Assembly: GCA_039804105.1 (NCBI GenBank)
Contig: JBDRZU010000002.1
Coordinates: forward strand, 224,001 to 288,000
DNA length: 64,000 bases
Direction: 5' to 3'
Origin: a candidate division WOR-3 bacterium
GTDB lineage: Bacteria > Hydrothermota > 32-111
Position numbers and translations under genes: made by a program. Below, piece after piece: positions 39,301 to 49,410 of the stretch. The notes under the pieces were generated by a model that was not told the origin of the DNA, did no database searches, and saw nothing but the letters and a program-made list of their open reading frames with translations. Every line of letters starts with the position of its first letter. Positions within the stretch are counted from its first letter, which is position 1.

Positions 39301-39640
39301 TATTGACAGAATAAAAAAAGATTTTGAAAAATCTTTTGAGAAAAACGAAAAATACGACTTCAATGTTGGAGACACAGTGGATGTGTCTGTAAAGATAGAA
39401 GAGAGTGGTAAAACAAGAACACAAAAATTCAGAGGTATAGTTATAGCAAAAAGAGGCACTTCAGTTGGACAAACAATAACTGTAAGAAAAATCTCTGAAG
39501 GTATAGGTGTTGAAAGGATATTTCCACTAAATTCTCCAAATGTAACAGATATTAAGGTCGTAAAGAAAGGTAAAGTTAGAAGAGCAAAACTTCACTATAT
39601 GAGGGGAAGAACAGGAAAAGCTGCTACAAAAGTTGAATGA
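39287..39640 (+). CDS. rplS: 50S ribosomal protein L19
   Basis: GDTV.V, TVRKIS.G.GVER.FP and [10 protein letters not shown] motifs. Confidence 0.97.
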   Translation: MAKLNIDRIKKDFEKSFEKNEKYDFNVGDTVDVSVKIEESGKTRTQKFRGIVIAKRGTSVGQTITVRKISEGIGVERIFPLNSPNVTDIKVVKKGKVRRAKLHYMRGRTGKAATKVE

Positions 39641-40269
39641 AAAAAAATTTAAGAAATTTCGAAGAAAAATGGTGGCGTAAAAATCGCTACTTTGTTGCAG
39701 GTGTCGATGAGGCAGGAAGAGGTCCAGTTGCAGGACCTGTTGTCTCTGCTGCTGTTATTTTCCCAGAAGATATTTATATAGAAGGTATAGATGATTCAAA
39801 AGAATTATCTCCCGAGGAAAGAGAAGATTTATTCCAAATAATAATGGAAAAAGCGCTTGCAGTCGGGGTCGCTTATACTGATAATGTGGTTATAGATAAG
39901 ATTAACATTTTGCAAGCAACATATCTTTCGATGAAAAGATCTATAGCAAAATTGAATATTGTTCCAGATGTTGTTCTGGTTGATGGATATCCAATACCGG
40001 ATCTTTTGTTAGAACAGGAATCGATAATAAAAGGTGATTCCAAGTCAATTTCGATAGCAGCAGCATCAATAGTTGCAAAAGTGCATAGAGATAGGATTAT
40101 GGAATTTTATGGTATGGAGTATCCTGAGTACGATTTTGAAACAAATAAAGGTTACGCAACACCAAAACATATAGACATCATCATAAAAAAAGGTCCATGT
40201 GAAATACATAGAAAAACTTTTACCCCAGTAAAAGAGATTATCAAAAAAGTTTTTGGTGATAAAATCTAA
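39637..40269 (+). CDS. rnhB: Ribonuclease HII
   Basis: [36 protein letters not shown] and NKGY motifs. Confidence 0.97.
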   Translation: MKKNLRNFEEKWWRKNRYFVAGVDEAGRGPVAGPVVSAAVIFPEDIYIEGIDDSKELSPEEREDLFQIIMEKALAVGVAYTDNVVIDKINILQATYLSMKRSIAKLNIVPDVVLVDGYPIPDLLLEQESIIKGDSKSISIAAASIVAKVHRDRIMEFYGMEYPEYDFETNKGYATPKHIDIIIKKGPCEIHRKTFTPVKEIIKKVFGDKI

Positions 40270-40645
40270 AAATATTTCAAAAGGAAAAAGCGGAGAAATT
40301 CTCGCCATAAAATATCTAAGAAGAAAAGGTTTCCAGATCCTGGAGCAAAATTTCCGTTTCGGTAAAATCGGAGAAATTGATATTATCTGTAAAAAGGATG
40401 ATACTCTTGTATTCGTTGAAGTAAAGTCAAGAGAAAAAATGGGAAAGGGAACTCCAAAGGAATCGATAACAGATTTAAAAAAAGAAAGAATTTTTAAGTG
40501 TGCAAAATTTTTTTTGATGAAACACCCTGAATTTTCAGATTCAAATTTTAGATTTGACTTTGTAGGTATAAAAATTACAAGTAATATTTTTAAAAGAGTT
40601 GAAATAGAACATATTGAAAATGTTTTCTTTTTTGATGAATTTTAA
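40253..40645 (+). CDS. yraN: YraN family (UPF0102) putative endonuclease
   Basis: G..GE..A..YL, GEIDII, LVFVEVK.R and RFD motifs; follows rnhB. Confidence 0.92.
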   Translation: MVIKSKNISKGKSGEILAIKYLRRKGFQILEQNFRFGKIGEIDIICKKDDTLVFVEVKSREKMGKGTPKESITDLKKERIFKCAKFFLMKHPEFSDSNFRFDFVGIKITSNIFKRVEIEHIENVFFFDEF

Positions 40646-41046
40646 AGATTTTTTCTAAAAATCTCTTCAACGAGCTTATGACATTCTTTGTTTTCGTTTC
40701 TTGGTACATGTTCGATTCTAAAAGATTTCACCCTTGATAGAATCGATTTAACTTCTTCGTATATTTTTTTTAATTCAGGATCTTTTACTTTATAAATATT
40801 TAAAAGTTGTTTAACTACAAGTTCACTATCAGAAAATATTTCTATCTCCAGTTCATTTAAAGAGAATCTTTTTGAAACATCTTTTAACGCATAAAGTAAG
40901 CCAGACCATTCAGCACGATTGTTTGTTGAGTTATCGAAAAATCCCCCACCATCTATCTTTTTATCATCATAAGTTATTCTATATGCGTAAGCAGCCGGTC
41001 CTGGATTGTTTTTACAACCACCATCAAAACTTATCACTATTTTCAT
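40642..41046 (-). CDS. Ribonuclease HI family protein
   Basis: FDGG...NPG, TNNRAE, SDS.LV..Q and HVPR..N motifs. Confidence 0.9.
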   Translation of the reverse strand: MKIVISFDGGCKNNPGPAAYAYRITYDDKKIDGGGFFDNSTNNRAEWSGLLYALKDVSKRFSLNELEIEIFSDSELVVKQLLNIYKVKDPELKKIYEEVKSILSRVKSFRIEHVPRNENKECHKLVEEIFRKNL

Positions 41047-41746
41047 CTTTTTTGAATAGTATTATTCTTCCACAGTTGATACAGAATTCTATTTTTTTCA
41101 TAGATTTCACTTTATCAAAAAGTTGTGCTGGTATGGAAGAATAACAACCAAGACAGTACGGTTCGTTGATCAGTATGACTGCTCTTTTTTTCTTCTTTTC
41201 ATATATTTTTTGATATTTTTTTTGATATTCTTCAGGTAAAGATGAAACAAGTTTTTCCCTTTCAATATTAAGTTTCTCGTTTTCTTCTTCTATATCCTTT
41301 ATTATATTGTTGATCTCATCTATCTCCTTTTTTATCTTTTCCATAGTCGAATTTTCCTGTTCAAGTTTTTTTATATCGTTTTCAAGTTTTTCAATTTCAG
41401 AAAGGTTTTTTAGAATTTTATCTTCACTCTGAGATATTATATCCTTTTTGTGTTTTATACCTTCAGATATCATCATGTATTCATCATTAGATTTTACATT
41501 TGACAGATATTTTTTATCCTCTTCTATTTTATCCCTTAAAACCAATATTTTCTGTTCTATTTCCTTGTTTTCCTGTATAAGTTTTTCTTTTTCCTTTTTA
41601 AGATTTTCGATTTTTGATATGATCGTATCGAGTTGTTCCATTAACTCTTTTCTTTTAAAAGGTTTATCTCCCATTTTTATCCTGTTGTTTTCGATCCTTT
41701 CTTCTATCTGCCCTATTTTTTGAAATATTTCATATACATCTTCCAT
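41024..41746 (-). CDS. Coiled-coil protein with C-terminal C4 zinc ribbon (COG1579/DUF164-like)
   Basis: Long heptad region, then CLGC...CINCGRII; start MEDVY at 41746 after GGAGGT. Confidence 0.88.
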   Translation of the reverse strand: MEDVYEIFQKIGQIEERIENNRIKMGDKPFKRKELMEQLDTIISKIENLKKEKEKLIQENKEIEQKILVLRDKIEEDKKYLSNVKSNDEYMMISEGIKHKKDIISQSEDKILKNLSEIEKLENDIKKLEQENSTMEKIKKEIDEINNIIKDIEEENEKLNIEREKLVSSLPEEYQKKYQKIYEKKKKRAVILINEPYCLGCYSSIPAQLFDKVKSMKKIEFCINCGRIILFKKDENSDKF

Positions 41747-41760
41747 CTTCACCTCCATAA

Positions 41761-41790
41761 AAAAGGGAGTGTTTTAAAACACTCCCTTTT
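41761..41790. terminator. Perfect 30-bp palindrome, probable terminator downstream of tRNA-Val
   Basis: AAAAGGGAGTGTTTT|AAAACACTCCCTTTT is exactly self-complementary. Confidence 0.8.
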
Positions 41791-41882
41791 AAATTTTATT
41801 GTTTCAAAATATATATTACTATCACTCACAAATCTTCCCTTGTTTATTTTTTTCAATTTTTTCCATACATACCTCTTTAATA

Positions 41883-41956
41883 TGGGCGAAACAGGAGTCG
41901 AACCTGTGATCTCCGGTATGTGAGACCGGCGCTCTAACCAACTGAGCCATTCGCCC
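41883..41956 (-). tRNA. tRNA-Val(CAC), CCA not encoded
   Basis: GGGCGAA/TTCGCCC-A acceptor stem, anticodon arm CCGGT-CTCACAT-ACCGG, T-loop GGTTCGACTCC. Confidence 0.95.
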
Positions 41957-41967
41957 TAGAAAAAATA

Positions 41968-42042
41968 ATTATAATTTTTTAAGTATTAAAGTCAAGTAAT
42001 TTATAAAATATTGTTGACTTTTAAATTTTTTGTATGTAAAAT
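41968..42042. promoter_or_regulatory. Divergent promoters (tRNA-Val and lipoprotein)
   Basis: Minus: TTGACT (41995-41990)-16 nt-TATAAT. Plus: TTGACT (42014-42019)-17 nt-TAAAAT. Confidence 0.6.
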
Positions 42043-42060
42043 TTTAAAAAAGGAGGAACC

Positions 42061-43101
42061 ATGATGAAAAAAATTCTTTTTCTTATTATTGTATTTTCAC
42101 TCATTTTAACATCCTGTTTTCTTTTACCACAAAAGGTGAGTGTGGATGACACAAAAACATTTTTAAACGATTTTGAAAACTCGATTAACGATCCAACATC
42201 ACAGTATAATGGAGAAAATACAACTTTAAGTATGGCTGCTGCAAACGACTTTTTCAACAAAGGCGGAACATCAAAAGGCACATTTTTGTTCCCTTCAATT
42301 TCTTTCAGAAATCCATTTAGACCTGATGTGAAAAGTGTTCAACTGTTGTTTGATACTGTATATGGAACATATCAATATGATACATTAATAGATCCTTGGG
42401 GATATGAATATTATGATTTTGTTCTAGTTGATAACTCATACCCTGCTAATGGCTACCTTTTCAAATGGATCTTCATAGATTCACTTGGAACAAGTTATAA
42501 TATGAGATTTTTGTTTGATTCTTTACAGTACTACTCAGGGGATCCATATGAACAGACACCAACAAAAATGTATGTTGAACTTTCAGCAAATAACAGCAGA
42601 TTGATGTGGATGAGGATGAACGCACAGTATACAACTATTTCAGGCTACGATTATGACGAATATCAACCAACAAATTTACAAACACATTTTGAGATAACAA
42701 ATGAAGTTGCATTCGAACTTGATTATGTTGGGCATGAGAGTGGAGACACAACAGTTATTATTGATTCTCTAAGAGCAAAAATAGAAGATTTTGTTAACGA
42801 TGACTGGAATGAATACACTGTAAAGATGAATAGTGATGAAACAACTGATTTCACTATGGAGAATAAAGAGGGATGGTTCCTTGTGATAAATGCTGAAAAA
42901 CCTGTTGAAGTTGATTCTGTTTACACAAAAACCGATTATACTGGAGAGTTAAAATTCAAAGGAACACATGCTGCAGATCTTGAAGGATACTTCTGGAATC
43001 CAGAGGATGTCAATCATCTTTCGATTATGGTTGCAACATACCCTGATGGTTCAACAGATACAATAATTTTAAATCCTCCGGTGCCTCAAACAAAAAGGTA
43101 A
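42061..43101 (+). CDS. Hypothetical acidic, beta-rich lipoprotein
   Basis: AGGAGG SD; lipobox LILTSC; no family recognised. Confidence 0.8.
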   Translation: MMKKILFLIIVFSLILTSCFLLPQKVSVDDTKTFLNDFENSINDPTSQYNGENTTLSMAAANDFFNKGGTSKGTFLFPSISFRNPFRPDVKSVQLLFDTVYGTYQYDTLIDPWGYEYYDFVLVDNSYPANGYLFKWIFIDSLGTSYNMRFLFDSLQYYSGDPYEQTPTKMYVELSANNSRLMWMRMNAQYTTISGYDYDEYQPTNLQTHFEITNEVAFELDYVGHESGDTTVIIDSLRAKIEDFVNDDWNEYTVKMNSDETTDFTMENKEGWFLVINAEKPVEVDSVYTKTDYTGELKFKGTHAADLEGYFWNPEDVNHLSIMVATYPDGSTDTIILNPPVPQTKR

Positions 43102-43107
43102 ATTTTA

Positions 43108-43129
43108 AAGGGGAGTTTTAACTCCCCTT
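43108..43129 (+). terminator. Terminator-like hairpin
   Basis: AAGGGGAGTT-tt-AACTCCCCTT followed by ATCTTT, between the lipoprotein stop and the cyclase ATG. Confidence 0.65.
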
Positions 43130-43135
43130 ATCTTT

Positions 43136-46100
43136 ATGAGGAACTTAGTACCTTCTTTTATAATAGATAAATTGAATTCAAATCTCACAAGAGGTAATTT
43201 TTTTGGTTATGTTGTAAGTGGGGATATCGAAAATTTTACACCGATGGTAGAAAATCTGATGAAAAAAGACAAAGAGGGAGCAGAGATACTTGGAAACATC
43301 TTGAACAGAACTCTTGGAAATGTGACCGATATTATATATAAAAACAATGGCTTTATAACATCGTTTTCAGGAGATGCATTCACCGCAATATTTTCAGATG
43401 AAAAATCGTTTGTTAATGTACTCCAGGTTTCAAAACAGATACTTGATATTTTTTCAAATCTTAACAGAAAAGGTGGGGTGAAACTCAACATAAGGTTGGG
43501 TATATCCTCAGGAAATATCGATTGGGCAATCTTTAACAATGAAAGATCAATATATTATTTTAGAGGTTGTGGTATAAACTCGGCGATAAGAATCCAACAT
43601 GGTAATGAATCATCTGTTATCAAAGTTGATAAAAATCTTATTGAAAAAATAGATAAAAATTTTATTAAAGAAATAAAAGATGAATATTTTATAGTTGATG
43701 ATCAAAAACTTGAACCATCCAAAAACTTGAATGAAAAAATTGAAATCATTCCATTTAAAAGTTTGAATTCAAAATTTTTTCCAGAGATCATTTCTGATCT
43801 AAAAATCGAAGGAGAATTCAGAAAGGTTATTCCAATTTTTATAAATTTCCCATTCGATCTTGATGATGAAAAATTGGATCTCTTTTTAAAAATACTCGAT
43901 GAAAATTCAAAGAATTATAACGCATATTTGAACAAGGTAGAATTTGGAGATAAGGGGGGAATGGCACTTCTTATCTTTGGGGCTCCCTATACACAAGAGG
44001 ATATGGTTGAAAGAGCGATCCTTTGCTCCACAGGCATATTTAACCACTTGAACGAAAAAGGAATAAAAGTAACGATCGGTCTTGATTATGGAACAACATA
44101 TTCAGGTTTCATTGGAAGTACATTCTGGCAAGAGTATACGGTAATAGGTGACATAGTTAACACCTCGGCACGAATTGCAACATTAAATAAATTCAGCGTT
44201 ATGATTTCCGAAAGGTTGGCAGGCGAAACAAAGAGGGTTGAATTTTCTGATGAAACAGAAATTTCCCTAAAAGGAAAAGAAAAAAAGATAAAAGTTCTAA
44301 CTGTTAAAAATATAACACCGAAAAAAAATTTTGATTTTATATCCCCTTTTATAGAAAGAAAAAATGTAACAGAAAAACTTGAAAAGTTTTTAAAAAATAT
44401 TGATCAGAAAAGGATAACCGGAATAGTCAACATCTCTGGCGAAAGTGGAACAGGAAAAACAAGAATCTCTTTTGAACTCTTTTCAAAACTTGGATATGAA
44501 CCTCTTTACACAACTGCTGATCCTATAATAAAAGAACCGATGATGTCTATTAAAAATCTTTTTGCGAACATAATCGGAATCAACACATTTGATAAGGAAA
44601 TCAAAAGAAAAGAGATTTTAAAAAAATTTTCACAAGATTTTGAAAAATTCTATGAAATCGAAAATGAGAGATTGTATTCTTTTTTACTTTATTTCTTTAA
44701 CCATGACGAAACATATCTGATAAAAAATCTTCCAGCAAGAGAAAAATTAGAGGGCACATTTTTCACTCTAAAAAACATTCTCTTCAAAAATATTAAAGAT
44801 AAAAAGATCGCATTGATTTTTGATGACTTTATGTGGGCTGATCAGGAGACGGTTGATTTTATAAACTATCTTTTGAGGGATCAGTATGAATTCAAAGGAG
44901 TTCCTTTTGTTTTTCTTTACAGAGAAGAAAACGAAAATATAAGAAGGTTAAAAAAATTAGGTTTTGAATCCATAGTTATAAAACTTGAGAATTTTAATTT
45001 TGAAAATGTTAAAACATTTCTGCAAAACTTTTTTAAAAGCGAGATCTCAAAAGAACTGTTAAACACTCTATGGCAAAAAAGTGAAGGTAATCCATTATTC
45101 CTTGAACAACTTTCGGTTCACCTTGTTAATAATGGATTATTGATAAATAAAGATGGTATGATAAGTTTAAAGGAAACAGAATACGAAATACCCTCAAATA
45201 TCGATAGATTGATAGTGTCCCGACTCGATTCACTCTCAGCGATCACAAGAGATGGAGTTCAAAAAGCGTCTATTATTGGAAAAGAGTTTGAAATAATTTT
45301 GCTTTCATTTTTAATTGAAAAAAAACATCTCAATAAGATACTTTCTGAAGCTGAAAAAAATAAGATAATCACAATTATTTCTGATAAAACTGCACTTTTC
45401 AGACATATTCTTTTATATGAGATAACTTACAAAATGCAGTTTAAAAAAGTGGTAGAAAAATTACATAGAAGAATTGGTGAACTTTACGAAACACTTTTTA
45501 AAGAAAATCTCATAAATTACTATGAAACACTCTATTATCATTTTTCTAAGGCAAATGTTAAAAACAAAGCGATATATTATTTAAAAAAATCGATCGAAAA
45601 GGATATATCATCTTTTTCAAATGAGAATGCTATAAAACTTATAGACCAATATCTTCAATATAGAATAAAAAAAGATGAAAAGATTCTGTTTACCATTAAA
45701 AAAGCAGAAATACTATCACATATTGGAAAATATAAAGATTCAATAAAAGAGTATAAAAAAATTTTAAGAGAACAGAATCTTAAGTCAAAAACAAAAGCTA
45801 TCGTTTTGAAAGGCATTGGGAATTCTTTCTGGGCGATGGGGGATTATAAAAAAGCATTATCAGAATATAAAAAGAGTTTAAAAATTGTTAACACTTTAAA
45901 AGACAACAAAGAGATTGCAGATATTTACGAAAAGATCGGGATCGTATATTACAACAGAGGCGATTATTTAAAATCAAAAGAAATGTTTAACATCGCATTA
46001 AAATATGCGAAAAAGGATATAGAAAAAAGATTTTCAATCTATTCAAACCTTGGACTTTTACTCTACAGACAGGGAAACTATGAAAAGGCGATGGAGTATT

Positions 46101-46804
46101 ATACAAGATCACTCGATTATGCGAAGAAGAACAATAATCTTTCTGATCAGGCATTATTCCATCTTAGAATAGGACTTATTCATTATGAAAAACAGGAATA
46201 TGATAAGGCACTTAAAAATTATTTTGTTTCCCTCGATCTTAATAGAAAAACCGGTAACAGAAGGAATGAGGGAGTCACTTTAGGAAACATTGGAACCGTT
46301 TACAACGAAATGGGTGAAACTGACAAAGCTTTAGATTATCTTTTTAAAGCGTTACAGATCGATAAAGAGATAAACAATCTTGAAAATGAATCAATAATTT
46401 TGGGTAACATTGCAAACATTTATGGATCAAAAGAGGACTGGGAATCATCCCTTAAATACTATAAGGAGGCACTTGAGGTTGATCGAAAAATAGGAAGCAA
46501 ATGGTCAGAAGCAATAGATCTTGGAAACATCGGACAACTTTTCAAACTTCAGAAGAAATACAAAGAAGCTGATGAATATTTTAAAAAATGTATAAAAATA
46601 ATAAAAGAGATGAACGCAAGATATCCTTTAAGTCATTTTTTGTACCATCGTGCCCTACTTTTATATGAGATGAAAAACTTTCAACTATCTTTAAAACTTT
46701 CCAAAGAATCACTAAAAATAGCAAAAGAATTGAAAAAAGAGAACCTTGTCAAAAGTTGTGAAGATCTGTTAAAGAAATTGGAGGAAAAAAATGTTAAAAT
46801 GTAA
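43136..46804 (+). CDS. Soluble-adenylate-cyclase-like STAND protein: two class III cyclase domains, AAA ATPase, TPR array
   Basis: GDIENFT and FSGDAF (domain 1); GDKGG and YTVIGDIVN.SAR (domain 2); Walker A GESGTGKT; Walker B LIFDD..WAD; GNPLFLEQ; FRH.L; many TPRs. Confidence 0.9.
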   Translation: MRNLVPSFIIDKLNSNLTRGNFFGYVVSGDIENFTPMVENLMKKDKEGAEILGNILNRTLGNVTDIIYKNNGFITSFSGDAFTAIFSDEKSFVNVLQVSKQILDIFSNLNRKGGVKLNIRLGISSGNIDWAIFNNERSIYYFRGCGINSAIRIQHGNESSVIKVDKNLIEKIDKNFIKEIKDEYFIVDDQKLEPSKNLNEKIEIIPFKSLNSKFFPEIISDLKIEGEFRKVIPIFINFPFDLDDEKLDLFLKILDENSKNYNAYLNKVEFGDKGGMALLIFGAPYTQEDMVERAILCSTGIFNHLNEKGIKVTIGLDYGTTYSGFIGSTFWQEYTVIGDIVNTSARIATLNKFSVMISERLAGETKRVEFSDETEISLKGKEKKIKVLTVKNITPKKNFDFISPFIERKNVTEKLEKFLKNIDQKRITGIVNISGESGTGKTRISFELFSKLGYEPLYTTADPIIKEPMMSIKNLFANIIGINTFDKEIKRKEILKKFSQDFEKFYEIENERLYSFLLYFFNHDETYLIKNLPAREKLEGTFFTLKNILFKNIKDKKIALIFDDFMWADQETVDFINYLLRDQYEFKGVPFVFLYREENENIRRLKKLGFESIVIKLENFNFENVKTFLQNFFKSEISKELLNTLWQKSEGNPLFLEQLSVHLVNNGLLINKDGMISLKETEYEIPSNIDRLIVSRLDSLSAITRDGVQKASIIGKEFEIILLSFLIEKKHLNKILSEAEKNKIITIISDKTALFRHILLYEITYKMQFKKVVEKLHRRIGELYETLFKENLINYYETLYYHFSKANVKNKAIYYLKKSIEKDISSFSNENAIKLIDQYLQYRIKKDEKILFTIKKAEILSHIGKYKDSIKEYKKILREQNLKSKTKAIVLKGIGNSFWAMGDYKKALSEYKKSLKIVNTLKDNKEIADIYEKIGIVYYNRGDYLKSKEMFNIALKYAKKDIEKRFSIYSNLGLLLYRQGNYEKAMEYYTRSLDYAKKNNNLSDQALFHLRIGLIHYEKQEYDKALKNYFVSLDLNRKTGNRRNEGVTLGNIGTVYNEMGETDKALDYLFKALQIDKEINNLENESIILGNIANIYGSKEDWESSLKYYKEALEVDRKIGSKWSEAIDLGNIGQLFKLQKKYKEADEYFKKCIKIIKEMNARYPLSHFLYHRALLLYEMKNFQLSLKLSKESLKIAKELKKENLVKSCEDLLKKLEEKNVKM

Positions 46805-46982
46805 CAACACCAATGAATGTTCGTGCACTTATCCAGGTTGTTCAAGACATGGAAAATGTTGTGAATGTGTCGCATACCATAGAAAATATAACGAATTTCC
46901 AGGTTGCTTTTTTTCTAAAGATGGAGAAAAAACTTACGATAGATCTTTTGAAAATCTTGTAAAAGATAGAAGGAAAAATTAA
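46791..46982 (+). CDS. Small Cys-rich protein (DUF6485-like)
   Basis: C.CTYPGC.RHGKCCECV.YH.....PGCFF......YDRS; GGAGG SD. Confidence 0.8.
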   Translation: MLKCNNTNECSCTYPGCSRHGKCCECVAYHRKYNEFPGCFFSKDGEKTYDRSFENLVKDRRKN

Positions 46983-47027
46983 ATCTCTTGTCTTTTTAAA
47001 TATTGATAATATAATAATATTTTTGAT

Positions 47028-47100
47028 GGGCCAGTGGCTCAGTTGGGAGAGCGCATCCTTCGCAAGGATGAGGTCGGCGGTTCGACTCCGCTCTGGTCCA
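47028..47100 (+). tRNA. tRNA-Ala(CGC), CCA not encoded
   Basis: GGGCCAG/CTGGTCC-A acceptor stem with G3:U70, anticodon arm CATCC-TTCGCAA-GGATG, T-loop GGTTCGACTCC. Confidence 0.95.
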
Positions 47101-47118
47101 TTTTAAAAAAGGAGAAAG

Positions 47119-48207
47119 ATGATCAAAAGGATTGGAATTTTAACTGGTGGTGGTGACTGTCCAGGATTGAATGCTGTGATCAGAGCATCAGTTAAATCAG
47201 CTATTTTGCACTACGGCTGGGAAGTCCTTGGGATAATTGATGGTTTTGATGGATTGATAATGCCAGACAAAATTTTTAAAATGGATTTAAACACGATAAA
47301 AGGCATACTTCCAAAAGGGGGAACAATTCTTGGAACATCAAACAGAGGTAACCCTTTCAAATATCCTGTAAAAAAGAATGGTGAAATAGTAACTGAGGAT
47401 AAATCTGATGAAATTTTAAAAAATATTTTGAAATTTGGAATCGATGGATTGATCGTTATAGGTGGAGATGGAACTTTAAATATTGCATACCAACTCTATA
47501 AAAAAGGTGCCAACATCGTTGGAGTACCTAAAACGATTGATAACGATCTTGCAAAGACCGACTATACATTTGGTTTCTTTACCGCTGTAAACACAGCAAC
47601 AGATGCTATAGATAAACTACATACAACAGCAGAATCACATCACAGGATCATGATCGTTGAAGTAATGGGAAGAGACGCTGGATGGATAGCTTTAAATTCG
47701 GGTATAGCAGGTGGTGCTGACATAATACTCATTCCCGAAATACCTTTCAGCATCGACAAAATCATCGAAAAAATAAATGAGAGAAACTCAAGAGGATCAC
47801 ATTTTTCAATCATTGTTGTTGCCGAAGGTGCATACGAAAAAGGAAAAGATAAACATTATATAGAAAAGGCGAAAAATGAAGGCACATTACCAAGATATGG
47901 TGGAATAAGTAACTATATCGCCTCCCTCCTGAGTGAAAAAACAGATATGGAGATCAGAACAACAATTTTGGGACATATTCAGAGGGGTGGATCTCCTACA
48001 GCGTATGATAGAATCTTATCTTCAAGATTTGGTGTTGAGGTCTGCGATCTAATAGCACAGAAAAAGTTTGGATATATGGTCAGTTTGGTGGGAACAGAAA
48101 TAGTTTCAAGACCAATCGAGGAGAGTATAAGTAAACAAAAACTTGTCGATCCATATGGACAACTCGTCGAAACAGCGAGAAGATTGCAGATTTCTTTGGG
48201 GGATTGA
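47119..48207 (+). CDS. pfkA: 6-phosphofructokinase (group III type: GGDG with PKTIDND)
   Basis: GGDCPGLN, GGTILGT, GGDGT, PKTIDND, EVMGR and LGHIQRGG motifs. Confidence 0.95.
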   Translation: MIKRIGILTGGGDCPGLNAVIRASVKSAILHYGWEVLGIIDGFDGLIMPDKIFKMDLNTIKGILPKGGTILGTSNRGNPFKYPVKKNGEIVTEDKSDEILKNILKFGIDGLIVIGGDGTLNIAYQLYKKGANIVGVPKTIDNDLAKTDYTFGFFTAVNTATDAIDKLHTTAESHHRIMIVEVMGRDAGWIALNSGIAGGADIILIPEIPFSIDKIIEKINERNSRGSHFSIIVVAEGAYEKGKDKHYIEKAKNEGTLPRYGGISNYIASLLSEKTDMEIRTTILGHIQRGGSPTAYDRILSSRFGVEVCDLIAQKKFGYMVSLVGTEIVSRPIEESISKQKLVDPYGQLVETARRLQISLGD

Positions 48208-48211
48208 ATAT

Positions 48212-49402
48212 ATGAGAGTTTTAATAGTTACTCCTTTTCCTTTGGTCGCATCTCAGAGTGGAATATATTCAAAAGATATAGCTACCTACCTTACAAATCA
48301 AGGTGATGAAGTTCTGGTCGTGAATTTTGATAACGAAGAAACAACCTATAACGAACAATTTAAAATCACAACTTTGTTTTTTGGAAACAATAAAATACCT
48401 TTTAAATTCCCCTGTTTCACAACACATCCACACACCGATAAAAATTTCTATCAGATGACTTTACAGGAAATAGAAATTTATGAAAAATATTTAAACATTG
48501 CATTATCAAAAATAATAGAATATTTTAAACCAGATATCATACATTCCCAATACCTTTGGATAAACACAAAGATTCTTGGAGAGATAAAAAATGGTATACC
48601 TCTTGTTTCGACAAGTTTTGGAAACGAGATACAGGTATCTTCTGAGGATATAAGATATGAAGAATATGTTAACAAAGCTGTTGAGTACTCACGATTTATA
48701 GTTGCACCATCAAAACAGATAGAGTTATTGTTGAGAGAAAAATTCAAACTCGATGCAGTAAAATTGAAATTGATCTATAAAGGATACGATGATGATCAGT
48801 TCAAATTTATAGATGATAACTTTGAAACATATAGGGAATATTTTGGAATAAGCGATGAGATAAAATATATTGTTCTTTTTCCTGAGAGTTTAAACTATAT
48901 GAAAGGAGCTGATATTTCGATCGGTTGTGCAAAAAAAATTTTAGAAATTCGAAAAGATATATGTTTCATTTTTACAGGAAAAGGAGATTTTAGAAAAGAG
49001 ATAGAGGATCTCGTAAAAACAGATCATAAACATTTTCTATATTTTCCCGATCTAACATATGAAGAGCGACCAACAGTGTTCCATATAGCTGATCTTGTTG
49101 TTCTACCTTTAAGATTTGAGCAGTTTGGAACAATCGCTCTACAATCTTTTGCGATGGGAACGCCAGTTTTATCTTCAGATGTTGGAGAATTACAATTTTT
49201 TGTTAACAATGAAAATGGAAAAGTATTAAAAGAGATCAATATCGAAAATTTTTACAAAGGTATCATAGAAATGATTGAAAAAAATTTTAAAAAGAAGTGT
49301 TCACTTTTCTGTCATCAGTACGCTTTCAGAAACTTTTCAAAAAATTCTGGACTCGCTTTATTAAAAAAGCTTTACGAGTATGCTCTTACTGAAAAATATT
49401 AG
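48212..49402 (+). CDS. Glycosyltransferase family 4 (GT-B)
   Basis: Start MRVLIVTPF at 48212; PDIIHSQ, KG.D and 'ADLVVLP...EQFG....Q....GTPV..S.VG' motifs. Confidence 0.85.
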   Translation: MRVLIVTPFPLVASQSGIYSKDIATYLTNQGDEVLVVNFDNEETTYNEQFKITTLFFGNNKIPFKFPCFTTHPHTDKNFYQMTLQEIEIYEKYLNIALSKIIEYFKPDIIHSQYLWINTKILGEIKNGIPLVSTSFGNEIQVSSEDIRYEEYVNKAVEYSRFIVAPSKQIELLLREKFKLDAVKLKLIYKGYDDDQFKFIDDNFETYREYFGISDEIKYIVLFPESLNYMKGADISIGCAKKILEIRKDICFIFTGKGDFRKEIEDLVKTDHKHFLYFPDLTYEERPTVFHIADLVVLPLRFEQFGTIALQSFAMGTPVLSSDVGELQFFVNNENGKVLKEINIENFYKGIIEMIEKNFKKKCSLFCHQYAFRNFSKNSGLALLKKLYEYALTEKY

Positions 49403-49410
49403 GAGGCAGG

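Noticed and set aside
41883..47100. tRNA-anchored integrative island
   Set aside because: No integrase, no duplicated tRNA 3' end seen, and the block lies at the 5' side of both tRNAs.
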